DNA of 64,000 bases from Picochlorum sp. SENEW3 (Eukaryota), in contig CP120462.1 of NCBI GenBank assembly GCA_034226945.1, positions 744,001-808,000 on the forward strand, given 5' to 3'. Numbering within the stretch: the first letter of the stretch is position 1; every line of letters begins with the position of its first letter. The notes below the pieces were generated by a model. It did not search any database and had not been told where the DNA came from. It saw only the letters and a list, made by a program, of their open reading frames with translations. A program made the translations under genes and the position numbers. Positions 44,775-57,582 of this stretch are shown here, in pieces.

Positions 44775-45476
44775 ATGCAGCAGCTCGAAGTGTGCGTGGA
44801 TTCTCTTGATTCGGCCATAATAGCGCTTCAATCTGGAGCAACAAGACTAGAAGTATGTAGCAACTTACACCTTGGCGGCACGAGTCCATCAAAGGAGTTT
44901 ATAGCAGCGATACACCATCAAAAAGCTCAACTGAACAAGCTCCATGTTCCATGTTATGCCATGGTGCGACCGAGAGATGGGGACTTTTTCTACACAGATG
45001 ATGAATTCAATCTTATGAAGAGGGAAGTTGCATCTCATGGATCAAATACTGCTATTGAAGGCGTTGTATTCGGTATCCTTGCCTCAAATCCACATGTGTG
45101 TGTGCACTGTCCTCGGACCAGATCACTGTGTCATCTGGCTCGTGATGCAGGACTGGACGTCACTTTTCACAGAGCATTTGATGATATTCATCATACGCGT
45201 CTTGTTGATGCACTCGAGGACCTAATAGCGTGCGACGTGCCACGAGTTCTCACATCAGGGGGTGCAAGCTCTGCCCACCAAGGGCTATCAGTTGTACAAG
45301 ATTTGGTGCATCAGAGTAGGGGACGAATAGCAATCATGCCTGGTGGAGGTGTATCACATCAGAATGTTCAAACCATTCTACGCAGTACAGGAGTACGAGA
45401 AATCCATGGATCCTTTGGAGGGAGTTCTACAGAAATACAACGTGTGTACCAAATTCTACATGCAGAAGCCAAGTAA
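44775..45476 (+). CDS. CUTC: Copper homeostasis protein CutC
   Basis: LEVCVDS, RLEVCS..GGTSPS, MVRPRDGDF, TFHRAFD, RVLTSGG, IMPGGG. Confidence 0.93.
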   Translation: MQQLEVCVDSLDSAIIALQSGATRLEVCSNLHLGGTSPSKEFIAAIHHQKAQLNKLHVPCYAMVRPRDGDFFYTDDEFNLMKREVASHGSNTAIEGVVFGILASNPHVCVHCPRTRSLCHLARDAGLDVTFHRAFDDIHHTRLVDALEDLIACDVPRVLTSGGASSAHQGLSVVQDLVHQSRGRIAIMPGGGVSHQNVQTILRSTGVREIHGSFGGSSTEIQRVYQILHAEAK

Positions 45477-45492
45477 TACTATGAATCCAAAT

Positions 45493-46975
45493 TCATGCTT
45501 CTTGACGCTTGCTCAAGTCTTCTTTATCGAGATCGAGAGGCTTTCCAGTGATTCTCTCGTACATATTCAGCACATCATCAATCTCAGTTTCAAAGTGAGA
45601 TGTGGCATCATACCCCTTTGAAATAAATACCTTGTCAGTCTTGCCATCATCCAATGGTTCAAATACATCCACAACTTCTACAAACTTCTCATCTATGTGG
45701 CCCAAAAGACTCAGCCCCGCATTCAATTCGTCAGCTGGTGACGCAGTCTCCACAGTGGTTGATACAAATGCAATCCATGTGTTCTTTGGTGCCACATTAT
45801 GTGTTGCAGAGCAACAGAACACATATACATCTGAATGCCTTCCGACTTGTTTCTGAGGTAATATCATCTGGAACGATGACGCATCACCTGTACCTGGAAC
45901 AGGATGAGACAATATACACATGGCTCGCACCACCTTGCCAGTCTTGATCACTCTGTCCCTAAAATATGTCGGATCACCCACAACAAACTTTGCCTTGGCG
46001 ACTTCCTCCCCGCATTTTACCCCAAGAGCAACACCATTATCATCATATTGAACTTCTAAATCTGGCCTATCCAGCATGTACGTTCCACCATGCACAGCAG
46101 AGAGGCGAGCAAATGCCTGGGGCAACTCCCCAAGACCATACAGAGGGTAAATGTAGGGGGACGTCAACCCATCATATCTCATCATGGACTCGTAATACAG
46201 CTTGATCTTCATCACAGTCGGTTTTGCCGGACGCACCATGTACTGATCATCTCTGTGCAGCGCAATAGCATGCCCAATAAAATCAATCGTCATGGGGTCC
46301 AAACCAAACTGCTGATACAGCTCATACATGGTCATGGTATCCAAATCCCACGACCTCCACGTCGTAGAATCCTTGGGATTGTATTGCTGGCAATAACTCA
46401 GAAACTTGGCAGCTCGCCTCTTCTCAAACAACCCCATCAATGGCGACCGCAAGGCCTCCCAATCGGTTGCAGGCACCTTTTCCACACGACTCTTGTTCAA
46501 CACAAAAGACCCGTCAACCGCCTTGAACTCCAAATATTTCGTCACATCGGTATGAATCAACACCTTGACAAGGTTTCCATTCGCCTGTAGTAGTCAGACA
46601 ACACCGCTGTCAGGCGGAATGACAACCACACCGAGTTAGACTGGGCCACACACGTACCATGATAAACTTGGGAACAAGGTCGATGTTATAGTCTCGTGAG
46701 GCTCCCAATTCCTTCGCAGGAGTCTCTCCAGATTTAAATCGTTCAAACATCTACACATAATGCATCAAAATCACCCCAGGGATTCCAAGAGCGACAGATC
46801 AGATTATAAAAAAGAAAACACCAACCTGGTTCAGATTCAACGATGCAGACTCCCCTCCATAGTACGAGTTCTTATCCATATGAAGAACTTTGTATCCTTC
46901 GACAGACAACAGTCCACTGAGAATGCATTCTTTCAGTCCAGTACCCAGGACGATGGCATCGTAATCTTCGTCCAT
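45493..46975 (-). CDS. GDI: Rab GDP-dissociation inhibitor, multi-exon
   Basis: [17 protein letters not shown] from ATG 46975; [48 protein letters not shown]. Confidence 0.96.
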
Positions 46976-47329
46976 GGTTCTCTTTGTAGATGACTGATAC
47001 GCTCTTGTATCGACAGACGTGTGTAATGTATGTTAAGGAATTTTTTTAACGTCGACAGAGCTAATATCTGTCAATGAATTTCCATCGACACTCGAAATGT
47101 CCGTCTATAAAACATTAAAAAACAAGAGCCTCTCTGTTTCTTCTTGGGAAGAACAAGCACACCAAATGCAACAGCGCAGGTTTATTATTTATTAAATTGA
47201 TTAGATAGTCCAGAAACTATCAGGAACGGATCTCTTTGTATCGATTGAGAAGAGGATCATTCCCACTCTCGGTGGTTGAGCTTGGATAGGTTCTTGATTG
47301 GTTCGATAGTCCCTCTAGAGAACACAATC

Positions 47330-48062
47330 ATGTTTACTAGGTCATATGGATGTGCAATGCGTGTGGCAGGGTCAGGGGCGAGCAATAGAGGCTTGTCACC
47401 TCGTCTCTGGACGAGGGTCACGGTAGCACAGAGGTCAGCGGTTGTGAATGGGTCCAAGCGAGATCAGTGGAGTGAGGCTGATTTGTACAGTCCACATGTA
47501 GGGATTTCGGAGGAAGGAGGGGAATCAGGGGTGCATTCAGGGGGGGATGGGGGATTGCCCATGACTGTTTTGGTGCCTGCTGGGTTGCTGGGTGTGTTTG
47601 TCAGTCTTCGAGTGCTGGGTGCTGTGTTGAGGTATCGCCGTAGAAATTCATTGGAAGAGAGAGGGTTTAAGCGAGGAAGTGCGGCTGATGAAGAGCATTA
47701 TAATCGGTTGATGAAGGGGATGAAGACGGTCAAGTATGAGGATTTGACAGAGGAGCAGGTGTTGGCGGCACGCAGGCGTCGTCAAAAGGAGGTGGCCAAG
47801 TAGGTGTTTGTGTCATGCGTGTGTATGTTGCGATGCTATATGCTACATGTTCATTACGGTTTATCTATATATATGCAGTGATTCTATTGATATTGATAAT
47901 TTGGAGTTGCCGGCAAATCACCCGTTTGCTGAGAGTAGACAGGTATCTAAAGAAGAGGAAGAGTTGCAGAGGCAGAGGCTTTTGGCACGGCGAGGGTTGT
48001 CTGCACAGGACGTGGAACTGCTGAGAAAGACTCAGGAGATGGCTGATGATATGGATAGATAG
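47330..48062 (+). CDS. Hypothetical plastid-type single-TM protein, 2 exons
   Basis: Transit-peptide-like N-terminus, one TM segment, donor at 47800 and acceptor at 47878 joining to ELPANHPFA...LARRGL. Confidence 0.55.
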
Positions 48063-48072
48063 TGTGTCCTTG

Positions 48073-50288
48073 TTACAGTAAAAATGTATCAAATTCAACC
48101 GGTTTTCCCTGTAATATTGACGAACGCAACCATGCGTGGGTTACGACTGGGACATGTGCATCCTGAGCGCGTCTGTACCATGCTTCTTCGACAATGCGTG
48201 ACGCACCGTCTTCGTCGCTGTGGTCGAGGACTACAATAAGTCCTTGTTTGTCCAGGTCTCGTGGCATTCGTTGTACTACTTTTGCACCCGCTGATTTCAA
48301 AAGGCCCGTGGCTCCGCTCTTCATATCTGGAGCTCCACATTGAATTTGAATCTCATAGGCAGCGAGCAAACGTTGGTATTCCTCCCGAGCGACTTTATTT
48401 TCTGGCACGACAGTATACTTGTCTTCAGATGCGTACTTTTTACTTTGCATGCAATCCTTTACCCAATCTATAGTGACAATGCGGCACCCGTTGAGGAGGG
48501 CCATGAGGTATTTTACCGTCTTGGGAGGGTCAGCATCTGCTTGGCATACAACATGCGTCATTTTTGGCACCCATGCACTTGAATACCGAGCACCACTGTC
48601 TTCACAGAAATCTTTGAGGATATTTTTATCGCTTGGTTGTAAGCCAGACGCGGTGACAATCAGTTTGGATAATGACTTGCGTATGCTAGCCTCCCACACG
48701 CATGGTGCCTGCTCATCTGTGGTTGGTTGAGCAGTGGTGCTGGTAGTGCACAACCTACTTGTATTCTTTTGGCCCTTTTTCTTCTTTGCAGCCGTCAACT
48801 TTTGCTGCTGTGATGGTCCTTCTTTCTCATCCACTGTCGCTTCCAGCGTGTCCTCCTGGTGGGGCGTGGAATCAATCATATGTGATGTTTCTGCAGCCAG
48901 TTTTGTAGCACTGCATCGTCTCTTCCTTCTCTTGCTCTTCATTGCCTGCTTCTCAATTGCCTCATGCGCTGCAAGAGTCTGTGGAGATGGGGAAGGGGCG
49001 TCGGCATCTTTAGATTGCCCACACATTTCACACTCTACTGCACCTGCCTTGTTGTCAAAAGTACACACCATGCAGCTCCAGGGCAAGAGCCGTGCTGGTA
49101 TTCTTCGCACTGTTGATGTTGGTGTCTTGGCCTGTTCAATTGCCTTTCTGCTTGCCCGAGCCCTTTTGACACTTTTGGTAGATTTGCGTGCTGGTCTTCT
49201 TCTCTTTGATGCCCGCTCTGTCTCTGTCTTTGCAGCTTGTTCATTCTCCTTGTTGCTACCTTCTGCAGATGACACAATATTATCGCAGGATGGGAGAGAG
49301 GCACCGGGGGGTGTACGATGCTTCTTCTCTTCTGTAGTAAGATTTCGTTCCAATCCATCTAATATATCAGCAACGCCATCCTTTGCCGTTCCGGAAATGG
49401 GAAACTCGTCATCAGGGGTCTCTGGCACCACAGCCTCCTTTGCCGTGGTCTTCTTCATGCCGGCACCCTCTCCCTTGAGCGATCGTATCATATCTCGTAT
49501 TGATCTTTGTCCACTCTTTTCCGCAACAATTCTCGCATCATCTCGCGAAAAGGTCTCGGCGACTCCCTCAACATCCTGAGTTGCCTGCACCAGAATGTCC
49601 CCAGTTCCTTCTTCTTCTTCTTCTTCTTGTTCCCGTTCCTTGGAGCACGGCGAGACACTACGCGATGCATTCTTTCGTAACTCCTCCAACGCAGAACCAG
49701 AAAAGGACCTGCTCGGAGATTTGAACTCATCATCCTGGACCCCCTGAACCCAAGGCAGGACCATTTCCCTCAGCAGTGTCCTTCCCCTACACTCTTCCTC
49801 TGGAATGCCTCGTCCCTCCTGAATCAACCCATTCATAGCCTCCATTAAATCATTCTTACAGTCATCGACAGCAGCAAACTTGGACACAACTCTATCCATG
49901 GTAGGATCCGCAGCAACATCTCTCCTTGTTATCTTTGTCTTGCATTGAGGACATACTTTTGAATGCTTCAAACTTTCCTTAATACAACTCCTGCAGTTAT
50001 AGAATCGATTCACTCATCATCAGCATAATGATCGAAGATGAATCGACATGAAATACACGTACATGCAAAAGTAGTGGCAGCAAGGAAGCCGTGCAACTGG
50101 TGGAGTCATAAGACTGAGACTGCAACCAACACAATCCCTGTTATACAATCAATTTTCAATTCAGTAACATCCATATGAAACTCATACCATATTGAACAAC
50201 GAAACTCTCTTCCAAGATCTTCAACAGCCTCGACAACAGGCGATTTTTGAGAACCGCACCCTTGTCCTCCAATTGGGACACTATCCAT
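48073..50288 (-). CDS. BRCA1/BARD1-like E3 ligase: RING + RanBP2/NZF finger + tandem BRCT, 3 exons
   Basis: Spliced C3HC4 RING (CSIC..LPCCHYFCMSC..CPQC); WSCMVCTFDN..CEMC; BRCT motifs TASGL, THVVC, KTVKYLMALLNG, VVTHAWL. Confidence 0.85.
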
Positions 50289-50457
50289 CCCGTGGTATTA
50301 CAATTCAATAATACACAACTATTTCAACTAGATTTGAGCATTTTTGAGTAAGAATGCGAGATCTTTCTGCTCCCGACAAATTTGAATTTAGGCCGCGCGA
50401 ATTTAATGTTCTATGTAAGGAGGATGCATTTCTGGACCAAAATGTCACCAACACCGT

Positions 50458-51798
50458 ATGACGTTTGCATACAAATACCCTACTGGTGTACATCTGTTCA
50501 TCAAAGAGACGTTTGAACATGACAATGGGACCATGAATGTTGTGATTGGGAGAGCAGCACCAGCGAGGAGACTCCCTGGCTACCCAGGTCTGAACCTAAT
50601 CGATTCGTATCGACATTTGTATCGCGCAATAAAGCATGTAAAGTATCACATTGTGGGTTGTTCGTATCATAGCTCATCTGTGAGCGATTTTGGGACCGAT
50701 AGAATATCCAGTCAAGGGACCCTTCGCAACCACACACGCGGTGCTGACACGACGAAGCATTATGTTATCGGACAATCCATGGGAACTGACAAGGACGGTA
50801 AATCTCGTAGAATTGTTCCTGATGCTCCTCCGTTGACCATGGAGCAGTTGGATTCGATCGACGAGTTTGTGAGAGAGAACAGCAGAGGGTTGAAGAGGTG
50901 TATTGTCATCACAGGAGCTGGCCTATCGACAGAGAGTGGTATTCCGGACTATAGAAGTGCGAATGGGGCATATAGTACTGGTTTCAGGCCGATGACGCAT
51001 CAGCAATTCATGTCATCGCCACAGAATAGGTCGAGGTATTGGGCTAGGAGCTTTGCGGGGTGGACAAAGTTTTCAGAGATGCAGCCCAATGCTGCGCACC
51101 AGGCGTTGGCTCAGCTGCAGTCTAATGGATATATAGATTGGATCATCACACAAAATGTAGATAGATTGCATCAGAAGGGTGGGTCAGACCCAAGGAAAAC
51201 GTTGGAATTGCATGGGACAACGCACAGGGTAACCTGTATGGACTGTGGACACATGTATCCTAGGGATTTGGTGCAAGAATGGTTAGCTCGCGTCAATCCA
51301 GATGCGTATCGAATAGTTCAAGGGATTGAGAGAGGGGAATCAAAGGAGCAGGAAGAAGAGAGGCTTGCTCGGGCTGGGACAAATGTCCCGGTGCGCGACT
51401 CTTTCAAAGAGGCACCGCAGCAGAATCCTGATGGTGACGTAGAATTGAGAAATCAAACACTTATGGATACGTTTGTGGTTCCATCGTGTCCTAATTGTGG
51501 AACGGGTGTACTAAAACCAGATGTTGTCTTCTTTGGAGATTCCTTACCACCTGGTCGCACCCAGGCATCAAAAGAACTTGCATCAAGTGCCTCAGGTGTG
51601 CTTGTTGTTGGCTCCTCACTGGCAGTATGGAGTGCATTTCGTCTGGTCAAACAGGCCAAAGAAAATGGAGCCAATGTTTGTATACTGACTGCCGGGGAGA
51701 CAAGAGCTGATGCCATTGCTGATTTGAAATTGAATGTTCTTGCTGGAGAAGCATTATCCATGGTCAGTACTCGTTTTCACATTCCAAATGTATACTAG
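50458..51798 (+). CDS. SRT2: Class II sirtuin (SRT2/SIRT4-like) NAD-dependent deacylase
   Basis: TGAGLSTESGIPDYRS, RSRYWARS, TQNVDRLH, ELHG, QQNPDGD, LKPDVVFFG; start uncertain. Confidence 0.92.
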   Translation: MTFAYKYPTGVHLFIKETFEHDNGTMNVVIGRAAPARRLPGYPGLNLIDSYRHLYRAIKHVKYHIVGCSYHSSSVSDFGTDRISSQGTLRNHTRGADTTKHYVIGQSMGTDKDGKSRRIVPDAPPLTMEQLDSIDEFVRENSRGLKRCIVITGAGLSTESGIPDYRSANGAYSTGFRPMTHQQFMSSPQNRSRYWARSFAGWTKFSEMQPNAAHQALAQLQSNGYIDWIITQNVDRLHQKGGSDPRKTLELHGTTHRVTCMDCGHMYPRDLVQEWLARVNPDAYRIVQGIERGESKEQEEERLARAGTNVPVRDSFKEAPQQNPDGDVELRNQTLMDTFVVPSCPNCGTGVLKPDVVFFGDSLPPGRTQASKELASSASGVLVVGSSLAVWSAFRLVKQAKENGANVCILTAGETRADAIADLKLNVLAGEALSMVSTRFHIPNVY

Positions 51799-52113
51799 CT
51801 TGTTGTTCCCGAGAGGCGGCGTGTAGCAATCTAGTGAATCCATTGGGGCTGGCCATCACAGACGAAGCACCCATGCATGTTCTCGTGCCGCGGGTGAGAT
51901 GCAAATCTTGCCGACCCTGTATGACTTGGATACTGCTCAAATGTGGTTGCACCAGGTTGTAAAAAAAATTTAAAAAATTTGTATCGGAAAAGAGACCATC
52001 TTTCTGCACGGATATCGAGTAGTAGAGTTTGTGCCTGGGGATTGGGCAAGTCCAGATCGAGAGAGATTGGCTATCCCCACGTGTCCCAGTCTTAACACTG
52101 AAACCTGTACATA

Positions 52114-54456
52114 ATGAAATATATACATCCAATTTGTGTGCTATTGCTGTGTTTATCTGCTCGAGTCGTCTTTGCGGTGAGTTCAACGCGACAGTTGCAT
52201 CTGTAGCTTCCAGTTGCCATACGACCATGTGCGAAGAAGCCCCCTGGTTGGCTACATGCCAAGAGTTTGAGAGAATTTTGATGTATTTCACTGCTGCTGC
52301 AGGAGAACAAGCAAATAGTGTTCACGGATGAGGCTGTGAACCTGGCAAAGAAGGTGGTGTTTGGAGGTGCTCGTAGTGCGCCCACGAACGTTGAGGATGA
52401 CAAGGTTTTCAAGCATTTTATTCTGGTCCAAGACAGATATCTGAACATTAAGGATGCAATTAAAAAGTGGAAAAAGTATGAGGAGGGCCTTGAATCCAAA
52501 GAGAGGAGGAGTCTTGTGGAGGAGGCCAGTGTACGGTCTTCTCAAACTACGTGCAGGAAACCTCGCCAACAGAAATGTGATTACAGTGTCGACAAGAGGC
52601 CAAAATGTTTTAAAGGGTCGAAGAGCTGTTGGATTAAGAGAGGTGAGAAATTGAGAGGAGGAACACTGAAGGATGGACTTGTCAGAGTAAAGCGATGGAG
52701 TGACTGTTGCTGGGAGTGCTTCAAGCGGGGAGGCTGTGAGAGGTGGACATTCAAATCCCATTCGAACCCCAAAAAGAATGGAAGATGCTACTTGAAAGGA
52801 GAATCAGGCTATAAAAGGTTGAAAGGATCGACCAAGAGGTACGTCTCAGGAGTTGTCCTCTCAAAACTTGACTCTGTGCGTCCGCCTGCACCTCCTCCCC
52901 CTCCATCACCTCCATCGCCTCCTCCAAGATCCTCTCCCCCTCCACCGATTTCATTCTCTCCCCCAATAGTTGTGGGGAATCCTCCACCACCATCACCACC
53001 ACCTCCTCCTCCGTCTCCACCCCCATTACCGCCATCGCCACCCCCACCTCCACCAAAATTAAGCCCCCCTACCCCGCCAGCCCCGCCACTTCGGGGTGGG
53101 AAAGACATGTATGCTGATGTTCTCAGAGACACATATCGCTTCTACGCTGCTCAAAGGAGTGGAGTCCTCCCTCAACCGTATGAGATCAATTGGCGTGAAT
53201 CCTCACATTTGTCAGATTACATTGTCGGAGGGTGGTATGATGCTGGAGATACCCTGAAACTGAATTTCCCTCTAGCGACAACAGTCTCCATTATTGGCAT
53301 GGGTCTTGTCGAATTCAAAGATACCTACAGCAGGTATGGTCAGCTCAGTCGGGCAAAAAATACATTGCGTCCAGCGATGGATTATCTCGTCGACTGCCTT
53401 GATATGGTTGCTGGCACCTATGTCGGAGCCATTGGAATCCCATGGATTGATCACAATTATTGGGGCCGTGCCTCGGAGCAGCCACAGCTCGACAGGCCAC
53501 CAGCTATCTACAATAGCTCCATGGCTGCAGGAGATCTGTATGGGGCTGTGTCGGCCGCTCTCTCCACAGGATACCTCATCTATGAGAATGATGATCCACT
53601 GTATGCGGACAAGCTGAAGAGATCTGCCATTTATATGTACGAATGGGGAGCTCGGACAGGAGGAAAATATAGTGACTATTATACAAGAGTCACTGCTGCC
53701 ACATATCCATCCAGTGATGTTGATGATCATCTGGCATGGGCAGCTGGGTGGTTGTACAGAATTACCGGCGAGCAACAATATCTTGTAGATGCTTTATCTC
53801 AGTGGTCAAAAGATTTTCCAAACGTGTACAGTGGCTGGGACTCTGTCTGGGGCCCACACGCTGCTCACATGGTGTCGTTGGCTGACAGGGGCAATAGTGT
53901 CCCAGGCGTGGACATTTACAGGGACTTTTTAGACAATAAATTCTTCAAGGCATGGGTAGATGCCAATGGATTCCAGTCCATCGTCAAGACACCTAGGGGA
54001 CTTGCCTATCCAAAGTTCTCTATCTGGGGAAATCTGGCATTTTCCACAACAGCATCAGCATGTGCCACTGTGGTGGCAAAGTACACACCTGATCAAGCTC
54101 TGAGATCACGCCTCACTAAATTTGCGAGAGACCAAGTCCACTATGCCATTGGATCCGCCACTCGCAGCTATCTCGTGGGATTTGGCTTTAGACCAGCAGA
54201 CCAACCCCACCATGCAGGTGCCTCCTGCCCAGACAGGCCAGCCCCCTGTGGATGGCAGGACTTTATGGACCCAAACCCAAACCCTCAAATCATTCGTGGA
54301 GCCCTTGTTGCTGGACCTGGAGGACAGAGAGTGAATCCAAGCGATCCAGATAATTCGTTTGTGAACGTACGATCTGACTATGTGACGAATGAGGTTGCAG
54401 TCGACTATACAGCTGGCCTTACTTCATCCGCGGTCGGACTCTTGCATTTGGACTAA
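52114..54456 (+). CDS. Secreted GH9 endoglucanase with PAN/apple domain and Pro-rich linker, 2 exons
   Basis: Exon 1 52114-52176 signal peptide MKYIHPICVLLLCLSARVVFA, intron 52177-52302; DCCWEC..C..WTF..CYLK; GGWYDAGD, PHHAGASC, DYVTNEVAVDY. Confidence 0.9.
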
Positions 54457-54545
54457 AGTAAAGTAAACCGTCATTGTTTGAGCTGCAATTTATTATTTCT
54501 TTAATCTGAGAGCTTCATATTGCAATAAATTGTACCTATTGAAGC

Positions 54546-56216
54546 ATGGATATCGATTATGCTGTGGATTCCTCGGTGGATCCTCAGGTGCTACAATCTC
54601 GAGTATCCCGAATTCTCAAACTACAGGTACGATTCCCGCGTACAAGACAGCATAAAGAGGTCATGTATGTTTTATTTTCATAGTAATATGAATACCGTAT
54701 GTCACAGGACTATGCTGATGGATTCACCGGACCAGCCAAAGTCCAGCGTTTGCTTTTTCTAGCAGAGCAGTGTGAAGGAGAAGACATTGCCCTTGATGCA
54801 CTCAGAGCGGCTCATGATTACGTAACATCTCATAGCATAGACTTGGAACTATACAAAACAGTCATTCAACGTATTCGAGCGAGAGCAGGAGATGAATACA
54901 GCGAGAACGCAGAGTGGATTGAGCAGTGTGATGAAACATATTATTCCAGACAGTCTGATATCGAGGCTCGCCTCGTCAGTGCAAAGAGCGCACTTGACCA
55001 GCCAACTATCGCCACGTTAGAAGGAGAGTATGGAGATTTGTTGTTCGAGAGAGGTGAACATGTGGATGCTATGAAGCATTACATGAGAATGAGGGATTAT
55101 TCCAAATCTCTTGATGATTTCATGAGTATGACGTATCGATTAGTGCGATGTGCGTTTCATTCGAAAAACTTTTTCAACGTGATAAATCATGCTCGAAAGA
55201 TGGAGTCGATGACAGAGGCGCACCATCGAGACTCGCTCAGGGTGGGGCAGGTGAGACTTATGGCAGCCCTGACCCAGCTCATCCTGGGAAAGTTTGATGT
55301 CGCCGCGCGGGCCCTCTCCAAAATACGCCATGAAGTAATTTCTTCATCACCTGACATTATATCTGTGGAGAGCTTTGGGCTCTGTATAGCATTATGCTCG
55401 ATGGCTTCATTAGGGAGACGTGAGTCAGAGAGCCTCATGACGAGCGCTCCTGGATTCCAAGAGATTCTGGATCAGGCACCCCAAGACGTACGTGTCCACA
55501 CCACAACTTTTTTGTGAACTCGCTTCATTTATATCGTATCGTGTGTCTATAGATATATCATATAAATCGTGTGCAGGTCCGTGATGCCATCCTGGCCTTT
55601 AGAGCTGCCCATTATGGAGAAGCACTCTCCCTCCTCGAGGCTGTCAAACCCTACGCCTGGGTAGATTATATTCTTTCTCAGCACCTCTCGCAACTGTATT
55701 CTTTGATCCATGATCGATGTCTGTGCGAGTATAGCAGCGCATTCAGCAACGTCAGCATTGCCTACATGGCTGACACTCTCAACATTAAACCCAGGTGCGT
55801 GTACCCATCATGATTCGATAGAATCAGTCCTTACCCCATCCAATATATATACATCTCACATCATATGCAGTGACTTGGAGAGTCGCATCGTCAGGTTAAT
55901 ACAGCACGGCAAACTTGAAGCAACAGTAGATGGCCAAACCAATCACATTCGGATAAAGCAGACATCAGTCAAAGCACGCGCATTCAAATCTGCACTAGAC
56001 GCAGCACACACATTCTTACGAGATTCTAAATTCATCATCCTTCGATCAGGCATGCTCCGACACGGCCTCATCAAACCAGGCATGCCACCCACCTCGTTTA
56101 CCCCCGACCTCGAGTCTCAGGACCCACCTGGTGGAGAAGATCACCACCACCACCACCACCACCAGGGGGGATCATCACAGATTGAAGCAGGAGACATGAG
56201 TGATGTCGCGACATGA
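54546..56216 (+). CDS. CSN1: COP9 signalosome subunit 1 (PCI domain), 4 exons
   Basis: FTGPAKVQRLLFLA, AMKHYMRMRDY, PCI-like LESRIVRLIQHGKLEATVD; introns 54627-54707, about 55488-55576, about 55795-55870. Confidence 0.85.
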
Positions 56217-56734
56217 CCACTGTTGTAGTATTCTACTACTACGAGACAGAGTCAGTGGTTGAGAGAGAAAAAAGACGAGAAAAGCACACTCAGAGTATTT
56301 TATTGTGGAAATGTGAATTCGATCGAGCCCATGTCGAATCAGGAAGTAGGGTACCATCGTCGACTCCTAGAAAAAAAATACCAGTAGACCAATGCCCATA
56401 TCTTTGGTGTGTATTACATCAAATAATATACATGGTAGTAATATACAACGCATGCATTGCTCGTAGTCAACATTGAGGTTGTCTTTGGAACGAGTACGTG
56501 TCACCCTCGTCAATCCACGTGATCAAACGTCGACGCACGCATTGGTCATACGGCATCCATATACTACATGTAATAGCACAGTAATAGGAGTATTTGCATT
56601 TATATTCTATTGAAACCACAACGCAGGTGAGATTCTGGTGTGTTGGTAACGAGCGGGTCTTCGTCCCTGGAAAACACACGTAGTCTTGTACAGAGAGTCA
56701 TTCATAGTTACTGCTAATCTCATCATCAATACAT

Positions 56735-57337
56735 ATGGAAGAACAGAAACGATACTTGCATCCAGAGTATTTGCAAGAACGCCTCCACATCTTGGCACAT
56801 CGCCTCTATGTTAGCAAAGGAATACCTCTTGGCTCCGAGACGCTTGATGATTGGAATCGACATGGAATAGGGACGCACAACGACTCTTTGAAAAGGAGGA
56901 AAATTCAACCCATGTCGAGGCATGGGGTGGAGCACAGCGCGCTACCCATGGCAGATGATGAGCCTCTTGCTGTACAGGATGCATGCAGGGTGAATACAAC
57001 CAAGAGCAGCAACAAGGCGATAGAATCCACGGCGCCAAGAGGGACGAGGAAAAGGAGCAATAAACCCTGGATAGAACGATACAAGGCGCATAAAAAGGCT
57101 ATTGAAGCTGTGGGTCGCTGGAATAGGATGGAGAATACAGATGGGTCTAGACCGAGGGTGTTTGGGAAAAGAAGTAGCATCCCTGAGGAAAAGGCCATGA
57201 GCCATCGTCTCAGTAATTTATTGCATCGTAAGCGGTTTTTTGATGCGTCCTGCCAAGAATTTCATGATTTTTATTGGGCAGAGCTAGGATATGATTTTCA
57301 ACAGGATTGGGAGAGGACCAATCAAGGCAGGACATGA
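56735..57337 (+). CDS. Hypothetical basic protein with a degenerate HA-like C-terminal block
   Basis: 200-aa ORF; PWIERY...G.RP...EEKAMSHRLSNL...ELGYDF. Confidence 0.5.
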   Translation: MEEQKRYLHPEYLQERLHILAHRLYVSKGIPLGSETLDDWNRHGIGTHNDSLKRRKIQPMSRHGVEHSALPMADDEPLAVQDACRVNTTKSSNKAIESTAPRGTRKRSNKPWIERYKAHKKAIEAVGRWNRMENTDGSRPRVFGKRSSIPEEKAMSHRLSNLLHRKRFFDASCQEFHDFYWAELGYDFQQDWERTNQGRT

Positions 57338-57582
57338 TGTCCTGCCATGCATTATTCTGAATACGTATTTAAGAACTGGGGCCTGGCACGAAAGGTCAAT
57401 GAATGTAATTTTATACATCTTTTATTACTTGACATGCTTTGAAATATTGAAAATGTCCTTGTGGCACCGACATATATCTTGGGAAGACGTGATTGAACAT
57501 TTTTTCGTCTCTTCTTTCGTTGGTATACTCGACATATACAGTATATAGTAGCAGCAGAGAAACGAATATATATTACTCCAAT

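Noticed and set aside
14083..45476. Functional clustering of COX/copper genes (Coa1-like, SURF1, CutC) or carotenoid genes (CRTISO-like, D27)
   Set aside because: They are separated by many unrelated genes, which is compatible with chance in a gene-dense genome.
48734..49579. Long antisense ORFs (281 aa here; also 61721..62446 and 16402..17058)
   Set aside because: They are shadows of well-supported genes on the opposite strand and have no protein motifs.
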